This document shows, one piece after another, positions 46,797 to 56,158 of a DNA stretch of 64,000 nucleotides (position 1 is its first letter; each line of letters starts with the position of its first letter). The notes below the pieces were generated by a model. That model was not told the origin of the DNA and did not search any database. It was given only the letters and a program-made list of their open reading frames with translations. Both the position numbers and the translations under genes were made by a program. The DNA lies in sequence record NC_028659.1, one strand, 5' to 3'. This stretch comes from Klebsiella phage vB_KpnM_KB57.

Positions 46797-47005
46797 TAAA
46801 AAATTTTTTCGCGTAAGAAAACAAATACGATCTGGAAATTGAGATCTCGATCGAGAACCGGGCCGAAAAATTTTTCTAGAGAAAAAACAATTACGATCTC
46901 GATTTTGAAAAACCGATCGAGAACCCGGTTGATATAGAGAAAAATTTTTTGATAGTGAGAGCAAATACGTTTTTGAAAACGAAAAGTCGATCGAGAACCC
47001 AGAGT
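46797..47005. repeat. three ~67-bp tandem repeats (iteron-like), each with A5T5 and CGATCGAGAACC cores
   Basis: CGATCGAGAACC at 46849, 46915 and 46988; each unit starts with AAAAATTTTT. Confidence 0.7.
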
Positions 47006-47274
47006 TTTCTACCTGAAAATTTGAGATATCTTTTTCGCCTATTTGAGATAAATGTCCAATCTTGATGCCAAGATACCTATAGCAATCATACACTTGTGCA
47101 TCATTTTTCGACATAGCTTCCACAAAGGTTTGAGATAATCTACTCCCAAAACTCTTGATTTAAAATTTGCAGGGAAGATGAAATCCGTTTCAAAAACGAT
47201 TTTGAAAACCATTTCGAATTTTAAAATATCTTTGGGATATTAAATATCGTACAAATATCCCACAGTTTTGAATC

Positions 47275-48090
47275 TTATCTTGGATTGAAAATATCCTTCC
47301 ATTTAATAATATCATAGGTTGTGCCTGTAGAAATTTCATACATTTGAACCTCATCTGGAGTCGGATTACAAATGTCAATGAAAAATGTGCTCAATACAGA
47401 AATCAGGAACCGTTCTGTCTTTCCTGGGACTGTGTAAACAATACGCATATCCCCGGGAATAGGAGAAAGGACCAAGGAAGTAGGGCCATTCATAAGTGTA
47501 ACGGTATTATCAGAAATCTTGATACGACCATCGACACCATACACCAAATCATGAGCAGAAGAATAATGTGCAAGCACCTCTACTACCGGGTTACCGACAA
47601 GGTTCACGAGGTAATCAAGATACAGGTCTCGCCATCCTCGATTCTGCATCATGTACCGTATATGGGAGCCTCCATCAAACATCTCACCCAGTTGCTCTGC
47701 GATCCAGGCAACACCATTTGCAATGTCTTCTCTGTTCCAGGTATTGTCGATATCTAAGATATCCTTGCTGAACTTGTTCATGCGCCGCATGGCATTGAGT
47801 ACATACTCACCTCTTTCAACAAAGGCACGTTCAGTGTCCTTGGCATAATCGAGAAGCCCTTCAACCTCTGAACCTGTAGCGTATTGCTTAAGGTCATCAA
47901 GCACACTTTCCACGCTGGCCTTGGCCTGATTGAAAGTCCTCTCATCAGTCTCGTCAGTAGAGAATTCTACACCACCAAGGGCATATACTGCATCAAGGTA
48001 AAGCCTTTCAAGGTCGCCGCGCACGTTAGGAAAATCATAACTAACCTTGTTATGGGGGATAAGTTCGAGAGTGTTTAAAATAGTAGTCAT
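47275..48090 (-). CDS. hypothetical protein
   Basis: ATG at 48090 (minus) preferred over TTG 48111. Confidence 0.5.
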   Translation of the reverse strand: MTTILNTLELIPHNKVSYDFPNVRGDLERLYLDAVYALGGVEFSTDETDERTFNQAKASVESVLDDLKQYATGSEVEGLLDYAKDTERAFVERGEYVLNAMRRMNKFSKDILDIDNTWNREDIANGVAWIAEQLGEMFDGGSHIRYMMQNRGWRDLYLDYLVNLVGNPVVEVLAHYSSAHDLVYGVDGRIKISDNTVTLMNGPTSLVLSPIPGDMRIVYTVPGKTERFLISVLSTFFIDICNPTPDEVQMYEISTGTTYDIIKWKDIFNPR

Positions 48091-48371
48091 CGTGTAACGT
48101 CCTGTAATCAATCCTGAGGAGTTTTATGAAAAGGCAGTACGTTTGCCTACCTTATGTGCTAAAAACCCCGCCTCAGCGTTTCTACGCATCATACGGGGCA
48201 TCATAGCATATGTTTTTCAGTCACGTTTCATTTGGTAGCGCATATACGCCATATTCATCTTATGTTTGACATCGTAAGTTACCGGGAGGTTTCCAAACAC
48301 CAGGTAGCAGACATCATACATGATCTCCCAGAACTTAAAAACCAAATATTTAGATCGTTTTTCCAAGCTCA

Positions 48372-48785
48372 TCATCTTACCTCCACAGGTTCAATAAAAT
48401 AGTTCTGGCCTTGTTTTGTTTGACAAAATGAACCAATGTACCAGACACCGCCGCCGCCATGCTGGGTGCTGCGGAGAATATCATACCCACCAAGATTTTC
48501 CGCTTTTTGGACATTTTCTGGTGCATCGACTATCTTCATCAGCAAATCAAAACCAGACATCGACATCAGGAACTTGTTCCCACCTTGATCGACCATTTCG
48601 ATATTAGCAGCAGAACGACCACGACTGAATCCAGTGTACTGGAGTTTCAGCTCGCGAATTTCATGACGATCGGAAACATCCACCTTATCTTCCATCTTCC
48701 AGTCATGGGCATACCCGGTATACCAAGCATTACTGCCTTTGAGGTATAGTGCGGGATATCCACGCTTTCCTAACTTAGCCATATC
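48372..48785 (-). CDS. hypothetical protein
   Basis: AGGAGG RBS then ATG at 48785 (minus). Confidence 0.5.
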   Translation of the reverse strand, partial: DMAKLGKRGYPALYLKGSNAWYTGYAHDWKMEDKVDVSDRHEIRELKLQYTGFSRGRSAANIEMVDQGGNKFLMSMSGFDLLMKIVDAPENVQKAENLGGYDILRSTQHGGGGVWYIGSFCQTKQGQNYFIEPVEVR

Positions 48786-49065
48786 TAACCTCCTGCGGGA
48801 CGGCTGCGAGCATGGCGGCGCGGCAGGATTCATACTTCGCCATCACGACCAAAACGCCATGATTCCATGCATGCTCATCAATTGAGTCGCACGTTTTACA
48901 TTCTTCAATTGCCGCTTCGAATATCGACACATCATCCGGCACTACCGGAGAGTTGCCAGCCTCATAAGCTACGCGCATCCAGTGATAAAAAGCTTCTGCG
49001 GTAACACAGCCGCAATCTACTTCAATAACCCCATCTTGTTGCGATAACCATTCTTCGAATTTCAT
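48775..49065 (-). CDS. hypothetical protein
   Basis: 96-aa ORF. Confidence 0.45.
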   Translation of the reverse strand: MKFEEWLSQQDGVIEVDCGCVTAEAFYHWMRVAYEAGNSPVVPDDVSIFEAAIEECKTCDSIDEHAWNHGVLVVMAKYESCRAAMLAAVPQEVRYG

Positions 49066-49409
49066 GGCTTACCCTCGTTCTTTTCAATACCAAGGATCAT
49101 ACCCTGGAGTTGTTGTTTCATTGGAATCAGGATTGGCATATCATCAATCCAGACATCTGGTGTCCAGCCGTTTTCTGCACACACTTGGGCCTTTTGTACA
49201 CCACCACAGTAGATTACTTTGATATCCAGCTCATTAGCCCAGAACTCAATGTCCGAGTTATTATCAGTCGGATATCGGAAGGTAACGAAACGAACATCAA
49301 AGTCACCTTCGATAATCATTAAATCAACAATGTGATGCCACATGGTGGGATTTAACGTGAAAGTATCATCGAAGTCAAGTGCTATTTTCTTTTTCTCGAA
49401 AGGTTTCAC
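49062..49409 (-). CDS. minimal HAD-like phosphatase
   Basis: IALDFDDTF (DxDxT) and VWIDDMP (motif IV). Confidence 0.45.
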   Translation of the reverse strand: MKPFEKKKIALDFDDTFTLNPTMWHHIVDLMIIEGDFDVRFVTFRYPTDNNSDIEFWANELDIKVIYCGGVQKAQVCAENGWTPDVWIDDMPILIPMKQQLQGMILGIEKNEGKP

Positions 49410-50053
49410 TTAGACTCCTTTTTATCTTCTTTTGTTTTGGCGGCTGCATCCAACTCTTCAGTATATTTCTTGATTTGAGCATCAAGATACTTGATCGTAC
49501 TGTCCGCCAGTTGTTGTGTACGTGGTGACTCAACCACATTCTGACCTACATACGCTGCCAGCATCTTATAGGCCGTCTCTTTCTGCGGCATAAAGTTAGC
49601 GTACAGGATACCTAGGAAACATATAACCATGCCAAAGACTGCAAGGCGTCGTGGACCTTTGGTCACATCTTCAATCTGTGCTGGCTGCGAGTTACCCGTA
49701 GTGTTTTGTGTAACCTTTGCAATAGTGCTTTGTTTCACATCAAAGTCTGTGCAGCGATTGTCGGGGAATTTTACCCGCACTGTATTATCAGGGTTCCACA
49801 CATCGATGATTACTATTTCAGTGCCAACTGGATATCCTTTCCATGCGCTTGTTAAGTTTAAGGTTTGCCCCTCATAGAAAGACCATTCTGCATCTTCTGT
49901 ACCTGTACGTTTATCGTGCTCATAGCATCGTTGGAATGCATACAGACCAACGAAAGCCATCCCAAATAGGAACATCAGAGCAACCCAACCACCATAATTA
50001 CCGTCTGTAGTCAGAACATCAATCACATAAATCAGAAAAGGCCATGAACCCAT
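49406..50053 (-). CDS. membrane protein with C-terminal coiled coil
   Basis: TM helices; KYLDAQIKKYTEELDAAAK. Confidence 0.5.
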   Translation of the reverse strand: MGSWPFLIYVIDVLTTDGNYGGWVALMFLFGMAFVGLYAFQRCYEHDKRTGTEDAEWSFYEGQTLNLTSAWKGYPVGTEIVIIDVWNPDNTVRVKFPDNRCTDFDVKQSTIAKVTQNTTGNSQPAQIEDVTKGPRRLAVFGMVICFLGILYANFMPQKETAYKMLAAYVGQNVVESPRTQQLADSTIKYLDAQIKKYTEELDAAAKTKEDKKESK

Positions 50054-50078
50054 TTTGTAATCTCCTCTTAAGATAACT

Positions 50079-50339
50079 TTAGTTAAGTGTTAAATTTCCA
50101 ACAGTTTCGATGAAGCCGAAGGGCATGGAAAATACCTTCACCATATAAATCTTGTCCTTACCATCTTCATAGTAAGGAACAACTACAACATCATCAGCTC
50201 CCAGAGGAAGCATAGTCATAATCATACCAGAATCTACAACGTATTCAAGCACAGCTTCTTTGGTGGCAGGAATTTCTTTCTCTGTTTGTTTGCTTTCCAA
50301 CAGGCCACCACGGTGTTGACGAATACGGATTGTTTTCAT
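50079..50339 (-). CDS. hypothetical protein
   Basis: 86-aa ORF. Confidence 0.45.
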   Translation of the reverse strand: MKTIRIRQHRGGLLESKQTEKEIPATKEAVLEYVVDSGMIMTMLPLGADDVVVVPYYEDGKDKIYMVKVFSMPFGFIETVGNLTLN

Positions 50340-50525
50340 TTATTTTCTCTCCAGCGTTGCGGGTTTTTCTTCATTGAATGCTTGGCGGATGCCCATATCG
50401 TATCCAACACGGAGAATCTCTCTTTCGATCAGGAACTCTATATCGTGTTTTAACTTATCATATACCGCATCAGGAAGTCTTTCAACAACCCAGCTTGCAC
50501 CTTGAGAGAGAGTAAGTTTTGCCAT
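50340..50525 (-). CDS. hypothetical protein
   Basis: 61-aa ORF; first gene after a long structured leader. Confidence 0.4.
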   Translation of the reverse strand: MAKLTLSQGASWVVERLPDAVYDKLKHDIEFLIEREILRVGYDMGIRQAFNEEKPATLERK

Positions 50526-50697
50526 TTTCTTGTCGGCTCGCGCCGCCCCCAGTTAATCGTCGCATTTAGAAGCTCCTGTCGCCCGTGGCTCCGAACACAT
50601 TGCACTTCCACACACATCTAACACCCGTAAACGGGTTAGCTCATAGCTAATCCACTTGTGGATGACTGAAGTGATTCATCACTTCCTCTTGAAACTA

Positions 50698-50747
50698 ACT
50701 ATACACTAACTAAACCATAGATCAAGATCTTTTTATAAAGATCTATG
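50698..50747 (-). promoter_or_regulatory. promoter TTGATC-16-TATAGT overlapped by the 20-bp palindrome AGATCTTTTTATAAAGATCT
   Basis: palindrome 50725-50744 with two AGATCT half-sites. Confidence 0.45.
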
Positions 50748-50801
50748 TTTTAGGTTTTATTATCTTTATTGTTTTATTCTTTATTATGTCGTAGGTCATC
50801 C

Positions 50802-50835
50802 ATGTCCGGGGTGTCCGGTCACCAGTGTCCGGGGT
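50802..50835. repeat. three GTGTCCGG(GG) direct repeats (iterons)
   Basis: GTCCGG at 50804, 50813 and 50826, immediately 3' of the HTH gene. Confidence 0.55.
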
Positions 50836-50838
50836 TGG

Positions 50839-51135
50839 TTACTTAATAGCCACCTCATCTTTGGTGATATACAGGCTGGTTTTTCCTGGTCGGTTGACTA
50901 CCTCTAGGTATCCCAACTCTTCTAATTTCCCCATAGACCGACGAACAGTCCTTTCAGAAACACCAACCTCTTCAGAGATAGTGGTGGTTGATTCGCAAAA
51001 CTCTGAACCTTTGCTGTGAAAGAACTGCCACCTGAATTTCAAGTACAGGTAAATGCGGATATCCGTTGAAGATAACTTCAGATTGGATATCATCCCATAA
51101 GAGCATAAAACACTGAAACTCTTAGAGATTCTCAT
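50839..51135 (-). CDS. HTH_36/winged-helix DNA-binding protein
   Basis: TISEEVGVSERTVRRSMGKLEELGYLEV helix-turn-helix. Confidence 0.5.
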   Translation of the reverse strand: MRISKSFSVLCSYGMISNLKLSSTDIRIYLYLKFRWQFFHSKGSEFCESTTTISEEVGVSERTVRRSMGKLEELGYLEVVNRPGKTSLYITKDEVAIK

Positions 51136-51539
51136 GTTTCTACCTCCAGATAATTATTCAAGTGATTTTTAACAACCTCTTGGGCATACTCTTGAGATGC
51201 ATCATTGTAGTGAAGAACAGCCAGATCACATCCAAGTTTGTGCAAACTTCTCTCGAATGGAGACAAGTGTGTCATCATAACTTCGACCAGACTTAGCTCT
51301 TCTTCTGTGATATGGAGGGGATCATCCGTGAAATCCCTGGAAATGATAATCTCCCTCTCACCACCTTCTCCGGCACCATATACCTCGACAATCTTCCTGT
51401 TACAGAAGATGTCATACCTGTAGCCAGTCAGATCATGACCATTTTGTACTTCAAAGTTCACAATGAGACAACAACCAAGCCCCATCAAGTAAACCTCAAA
51501 ATCTAAATTGTGGACAACTTTCTTATTTAAAGTGCTCAT
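51132..51539 (-). CDS. hypothetical protein
   Basis: 135-aa ORF. Confidence 0.45.
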   Translation of the reverse strand: MSTLNKKVVHNLDFEVYLMGLGCCLIVNFEVQNGHDLTGYRYDIFCNRKIVEVYGAGEGGEREIIISRDFTDDPLHITEEELSLVEVMMTHLSPFERSLHKLGCDLAVLHYNDASQEYAQEVVKNHLNNYLEVET

Positions 51540-52950
51540 CCAAATCTACCGCCTTCCCGAATGGAGCTAACCAACCCTTACGACCACCGCAGATAACCCA
51601 GAGAGTGTTGTACTTACGTCCCCAGCTTGAGCCACGATGTCTCAGGTCCTCGATGTAACCATCTGTGAAGATTATAACCTCTTTTGCCTTAGGAATAAAC
51701 TCATCGATGTACTCAAAAGCACATGCCGCAGTCGTTCCACCAGTCGATGTAACTCTGTAATCCAGAATTTCCTTTATGTTGTCCTGTGTGTACACGTTGA
51801 CGTTGCCAACTTGGGTTGACCAACAGAACAATGTGATACGGAAACATTGGTACAGGGTGCTCAAAGCGATGATCTCATTAAAGATACGTGTCATTGTTTG
51901 ACGAGAGATAGAACCTGAAACGTCAAAACCGATTACGATATCTACAGTTTCTGTTCGTTTTCTACCCGGCATAACCATGAACTGTTTCTTAGTTAAAGCA
52001 CCGTGATCACGAAGAACTTTTGTCATCCCGCCGGACCGACGACCTAAAACCCGATAAGTACGATCAGATTTAACACGAGAAATCATCCGTTGCTTAATTA
52101 TTTGCAGGTAATTAATCTTCGGTTTACCTTTTTGTGCGATTAATTCTCTGGCTTCTTTCGGTCCTTCACCGCCAGCGGCTTTCATAGCGGCGTCAATCAT
52201 GTCCTCAGACCAAGACATATCCTCATCTTCCTGATCAGGAGACTTCTGTGGGTGTGGGTCTGTATACCCCAGAATATCTAGGTCTTTATCATAATCCCCG
52301 ATGTGCGCCCCCAGCGGCTTACCTTTACTATCCCCGGCTTCACCAGGCAAAAGAGCATAAATTTCTTCAGCCGTTTTCCCCTCGTACTGATAGTCACAAT
52401 AGCAGTAAGCAAGGAATCCAAATTCTTTTGACTTATCAAACACTTGTCTATGAGTGAACCATTTCAAACTCTCGGCTTTCTGGCCCAACTCCTTGACCAG
52501 ATCAGTGTTGATATAGTGATCGGCTGCGATATTGAAACGTCTACGGTCAAATGTTTTCCCACGAGACATGTGGTCGTTGGTGACATGGCGGACCTCATGC
52601 ATTAGAATAAATACAATTTCCTTCATGGTTTTTTGACGATAGAAGACATCAACATATTCTTTATATTCATCTTTTTGCTGTTGTGTCATCATCGGATGCT
52701 TGTCAATACGAGCAAAGACTTTTTTCTTGCGATCAACAGGCATACCCATAATGAACTCTGGGTTGAAGTATAGGTTGCGATGATCAGTCGCTGCGGTTGG
52801 AAGCCATGCACAGTCAACTATCAGCGGCATACCGCTTAATAGCGTCCCGTAGAATGGTCGATTAGTAAGTAAAGCGATGCGGGCAGACTGAACTTTCTTC
52901 AGTGCTTCATCAGCCAGTTCCATAATGCTTTCTTTTTCATCTGTATACAT
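51523..52950 (-). CDS. DUF2201-type putative metallopeptidase (HExxH) + VWA domain protein
   Basis: ILMHEVRHV HExxH-like block; FDVSGSI MIDAS motif; ATG at 52950 after GGAGATAAG. Confidence 0.6.
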   Translation of the reverse strand: MYTDEKESIMELADEALKKVQSARIALLTNRPFYGTLLSGMPLIVDCAWLPTAATDHRNLYFNPEFIMGMPVDRKKKVFARIDKHPMMTQQQKDEYKEYVDVFYRQKTMKEIVFILMHEVRHVTNDHMSRGKTFDRRRFNIAADHYINTDLVKELGQKAESLKWFTHRQVFDKSKEFGFLAYCYCDYQYEGKTAEEIYALLPGEAGDSKGKPLGAHIGDYDKDLDILGYTDPHPQKSPDQEDEDMSWSEDMIDAAMKAAGGEGPKEARELIAQKGKPKINYLQIIKQRMISRVKSDRTYRVLGRRSGGMTKVLRDHGALTKKQFMVMPGRKRTETVDIVIGFDVSGSISRQTMTRIFNEIIALSTLYQCFRITLFCWSTQVGNVNVYTQDNIKEILDYRVTSTGGTTAACAFEYIDEFIPKAKEVIIFTDGYIEDLRHRGSSWGRKYNTLWVICGGRKGWLAPFGKAVDLDEHFK

Positions 52951-52999
52951 TCTTATCTCCAAGAAAAAAGGCCATCAGTTACGATGGCCTTATTATAGG

Positions 53000-53260
53000 T
53001 TAATTCATCACCCTTTGCAATGCAATTTGGGGTAAAAATTCATCTATCCCTTCAATCCTGAAACCCCACGCTAATTGTGGGCCAGGCGCTCCCGGAAGGT
53101 GAGGAACAGCAAACAAGACGATCCCATCAATAGCTCCTCGAATCGCGTTCTCTGTGAAAGTCTCTACCAGATCCCCGAAACTAAGACCCGGCCTGAAGCC
53201 AGCATTCAGCATTTTTTGCTCTGGCGGGGATGCTGGCCTGCCCAAGATATCTTCGTACAT
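53000..53260 (-). CDS. hypothetical protein
   Basis: 86-aa ORF. Confidence 0.4.
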   Translation of the reverse strand: MYEDILGRPASPPEQKMLNAGFRPGLSFGDLVETFTENAIRGAIDGIVLFAVPHLPGAPGPQLAWGFRIEGIDEFLPQIALQRVMN

Positions 53261-53460
53261 TAGGTGTTCTCCTTTATTTCAACAACCTCAATGCCGCCTG
53301 TATTATCGCCTTGGTAGGTTACTTCGACATACTTTTCACCTTTATTGTATCGTATTTTGAACTCTCTTTTCTTCTTAGATAGCTCTTTTGAGTATACAAC
53401 TTCGGAGTAGTCAAAATGTCCAAGGCGATCCAGTGCGAATCGCTCAAGGATCTTATCCAT
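53260..53460 (-). CDS. hypothetical protein
   Basis: 66-aa ORF. Confidence 0.4.
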   Translation of the reverse strand: MDKILERFALDRLGHFDYSEVVYSKELSKKKREFKIRYNKGEKYVEVTYQGDNTGGIEVVEIKENT

Positions 53461-53474
53461 TTACACCACCTTGT

Positions 53475-54371
53475 TCAGCATTGCTGTAACTTTAGGTAGC
53501 TAAGACCCGTCTGGATCATCAGTTGAGTCATAGCCGTTTCCATTTTCTTGGAGACGATGATGAAATTATCTTTGGCAAAGCCAATGTTAAGATCCAGAAT
53601 CAGAATGGATTTAGGCTCACCAGTAAGCTTCTCCCCTGTCATTGCACAGGTGCTGCGAATATATTTGGCCTTGAACTGAGCATATGTCACACTTACTTTC
53701 ATACCGACATTTGCAAAAGTATTGCAGTAATTTGCATAGGCAAGCGCAACAGCTACATCTTCTGGCAGTGCAACACTGATAGCTTCTTTCGGTTCAGCCT
53801 CCACTTCCACAGGTGCAGTGGTTTCTTCTGCCGCATGGGGTTGTTTGTGTTCGTGTTCAGCAAGCTCTTTGTAGTCGGTGTTGTGATTCTTTTCTACTTT
53901 TGCCATGTGTTCTTTCATGTCCATTTTTGTCTCCTGTTGTGGGATATATTTAGTTTTCAGTTTTTCGAGATGGTCTTTAGACATATTCAGTATCATAGCC
54001 TGCACAATCTCACGGTCTAGCGGATCAATTATAGTGATGGCTGTTTTCTTGTCAACCAAACGATCTTTCAATTCATTGGCTCTTTGCAAGACAACGCATA
54101 CATTTCCACGAACATAACCTTTCTTATCGTCAATGCGCTCAACTGTCGGATACAATGGGTCTTTTTCGCCATGTACCGACCTCGTGCTAAAGTTCATATT
54201 GGTGTAGTCGCACGGGCCGATGCCCAAAAGCTTTTCTCCCATCATGAACCAGTCATCAAGGGTCAAGGAGAATTCTAAACCCCGTTTCTTTGTGCGTTCT
54301 ACCTTTTTATGATACCGTTCTTCTAGACTTTTAATCTCACTGTTGGTAAATTTCTTTTTAATATCAAACAT
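53475..54371 (-). CDS. HNH_3-like homing endonuclease (putative)
   Basis: ERIDDKKGYVRGNVCVVLQRANELK resembles the HNH_3 His/Asn box. Confidence 0.35.
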   Translation of the reverse strand: MFDIKKKFTNSEIKSLEERYHKKVERTKKRGLEFSLTLDDWFMMGEKLLGIGPCDYTNMNFSTRSVHGEKDPLYPTVERIDDKKGYVRGNVCVVLQRANELKDRLVDKKTAITIIDPLDREIVQAMILNMSKDHLEKLKTKYIPQQETKMDMKEHMAKVEKNHNTDYKELAEHEHKQPHAAEETTAPVEVEAEPKEAISVALPEDVAVALAYANYCNTFANVGMKVSVTYAQFKAKYIRSTCAMTGEKLTGEPKSILILDLNIGFAKDNFIIVSKKMETAMTQLMIQTGLSYLKLQQC

Positions 54372-54441
54372 TTCTAACTCCTTGGGTCTTACCCGTTCTT
54401 AGTAAGGTGATTATCACCATTCTGAAAAGAGTTGTCAACCC

Positions 54442-54470
54442 TTGATTTCTAAAAAGTGGCGGTGTATGTT
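54442..54470 (+). promoter_or_regulatory. promoter TTGATT-17-TATGTT
   Basis: upstream of the operon 54505-58268. Confidence 0.45.
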
Positions 54471-54504
54471 TGTTCATTATTTGTATAAGAGGGCAAGTGA
54501 GATT

Positions 54505-55482
54505 ATGAGCAAGGTAGATATTAATGTAAAACCAAACTATACTTGGAATGAGGAGCGGGATTTCATAGATAAGTTGTTACAAGGGAAGCAGGCTGCTCAA
54601 GAGAGATTTCTTTCAACTTTTGAGAGGGACAGATCTGTTGACAACCCCATCACCCGCTTTAGAGATTATCTCCAAGGGGTACAGGATTCAAACCCCATAT
54701 TGGACATATTTTTGTCATGTCTCCATAAACTTCCGGCGCATGGTGGCCCTTTTTATTGGCAATGGAATTCCGGTGATGTCCGGGAGTATGGTTCTGATAT
54801 GAGTCAGAAGCTAAATGTTTCACGTATGGAAATAGGCCACCAATCACATATTACGGGTGGTGACCCTTGGACACATCGCTTTGTAGAAACAATCTCCATC
54901 GATATTTATGGTCACGGTTGCGGTGAAGCATTTCTTGGTGGGTTCTGCAATTTTAACTACCGTACTAAGTATTTTCTTGAGTGTGTAAAGCAGCTTTTGG
55001 TGGGGATGTCACACAGGGATGCTCTCCGTTTGGCTGTCGAATACACCGGTTCCCCTGTCCAATCTTGGATGGCCCATCATGGGGAGAGATTCACCCTTAA
55101 AAATGTAAGCCTCATCAGTGGTGATTTGGTTCTTTACTCTGACTATCTTGAGCCTTCAGCGTTCGATCGTGTTTGTAGCCAACTGAATCATTCTGTTATC
55201 AACATCATGAACAGAAAGATCGCTAATAAGGCACGTAAGGCAATGTTCGTTTGTTCCCTGAAAGAAACAATGTTCCACTTGGAATATGACCCCAAGCTAC
55301 AGAGTATGATGGAGGGGGACTCCCCAACAGAAGAAGAACTGATGATGATGTCGGTCGCAGGGTATGAAGATGAATTTTGGCTTGACAACGTAAAATCTTT
55401 CGATAGACTGAACATAAAACCCTTTAACCTAGAGGAAGCTGTCAAATGGTATCAACAGACAAGAGTTGTATTCAAGCTTTAA
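54505..55482 (+). CDS. hypothetical protein (326 aa)
   Basis: ATG 54505 within track ORF 54442-55482. Confidence 0.5.
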   Translation: MSKVDINVKPNYTWNEERDFIDKLLQGKQAAQERFLSTFERDRSVDNPITRFRDYLQGVQDSNPILDIFLSCLHKLPAHGGPFYWQWNSGDVREYGSDMSQKLNVSRMEIGHQSHITGGDPWTHRFVETISIDIYGHGCGEAFLGGFCNFNYRTKYFLECVKQLLVGMSHRDALRLAVEYTGSPVQSWMAHHGERFTLKNVSLISGDLVLYSDYLEPSAFDRVCSQLNHSVINIMNRKIANKARKAMFVCSLKETMFHLEYDPKLQSMMEGDSPTEEELMMMSVAGYEDEFWLDNVKSFDRLNIKPFNLEEAVKWYQQTRVVFKL

Positions 55483-55955
55483 GTCCGGCCCAGGAATTGG
55501 CGCTGGCGATCAAAATTGCAGCAGAAGCCCACCTGAATCAGAAAGATAAGGGTGGTAACCCATACATCCTTCACCCGCTGAAGGTAATGCACTATCTGAA
55601 GACTGATGATTTTCAGCTTATGGCTATCGCCGCGCTTCATGATGTGGTTGAAGACACCGATGTTACCGCTGCGGATCTGGTTCTGCTAGGCTTCTCGAAC
55701 CGTGTGAAGGATGCTGTGGTTCTTCTGACGAAAACCCCTAATCAGACACCGGAAGAGTATTTTAACCGCCTGGCTCAAAACTATGATGCGGTACGTGTGA
55801 AGCTTGCAGACCTGCGCCATAACTCCGATGTTCGTCGTCTGAAAGGTCTGACAGATAAGGATTTGTTACGTGTTCGTAAGTATCATGACATGTATCTTCG
55901 TCTGACAAAGATGAAAGAACACCACGAAGCGATCAACATGTTGGCTACATTATGA
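55446..55955 (+). CDS. small alarmone hydrolase (RelA/SpoT-type HD (p)ppGpp hydrolase)
   Basis: NPYILHPLKV...ALHDVVEDT matches the HD hydrolase HPL / HDVVEDT signature. Confidence 0.7.
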   Translation: MVSTDKSCIQALSPAQELALAIKIAAEAHLNQKDKGGNPYILHPLKVMHYLKTDDFQLMAIAALHDVVEDTDVTAADLVLLGFSNRVKDAVVLLTKTPNQTPEEYFNRLAQNYDAVRVKLADLRHNSDVRRLKGLTDKDLLRVRKYHDMYLRLTKMKEHHEAINMLATL

Positions 55956-56137
55956 TCATTACGAAAAAATTAAATGGCCTTCCTTGGTTCGAAATGGAAA
56001 TTCCTGACAAGGTTGTAGTATGTGCGAGATGTTTTTCGACTTATAACCTGAAAGATGCTCCTGTAAAGGCCCCCGATCAGCTTCGGATTAAGGAACCTTG
56101 TTGCCCGAACTGTGGTTTTAAATGGTATTTGTCATGA
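55952..56137 (+). CDS. zinc-ribbon small protein
   Basis: CARC...CCPNCG. Confidence 0.45.
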   Translation: MIITKKLNGLPWFEMEIPDKVVVCARCFSTYNLKDAPVKAPDQLRIKEPCCPNCGFKWYLS

Positions 56138-56158
56138 ATTTCTTTAAGGAGATTTGAT

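Noticed and set aside
46797-47005. Possible CRISPR array
   Set aside because: Only three imperfect ~67-bp units with no short conserved repeats alternating with unique spacers. It is an iteron-like tandem repeat, not a CRISPR array.
46749-47123. 124-aa minus-strand ORF in the track with internal QPGSRS... repeats
   Set aside because: It spans the three DNA tandem repeats. Its composition is extreme (R/S/F-rich), it has no RBS, and the repeat structure is explained at the DNA level. The unit lengths happen to be multiples of 3, so coding cannot be fully excluded.
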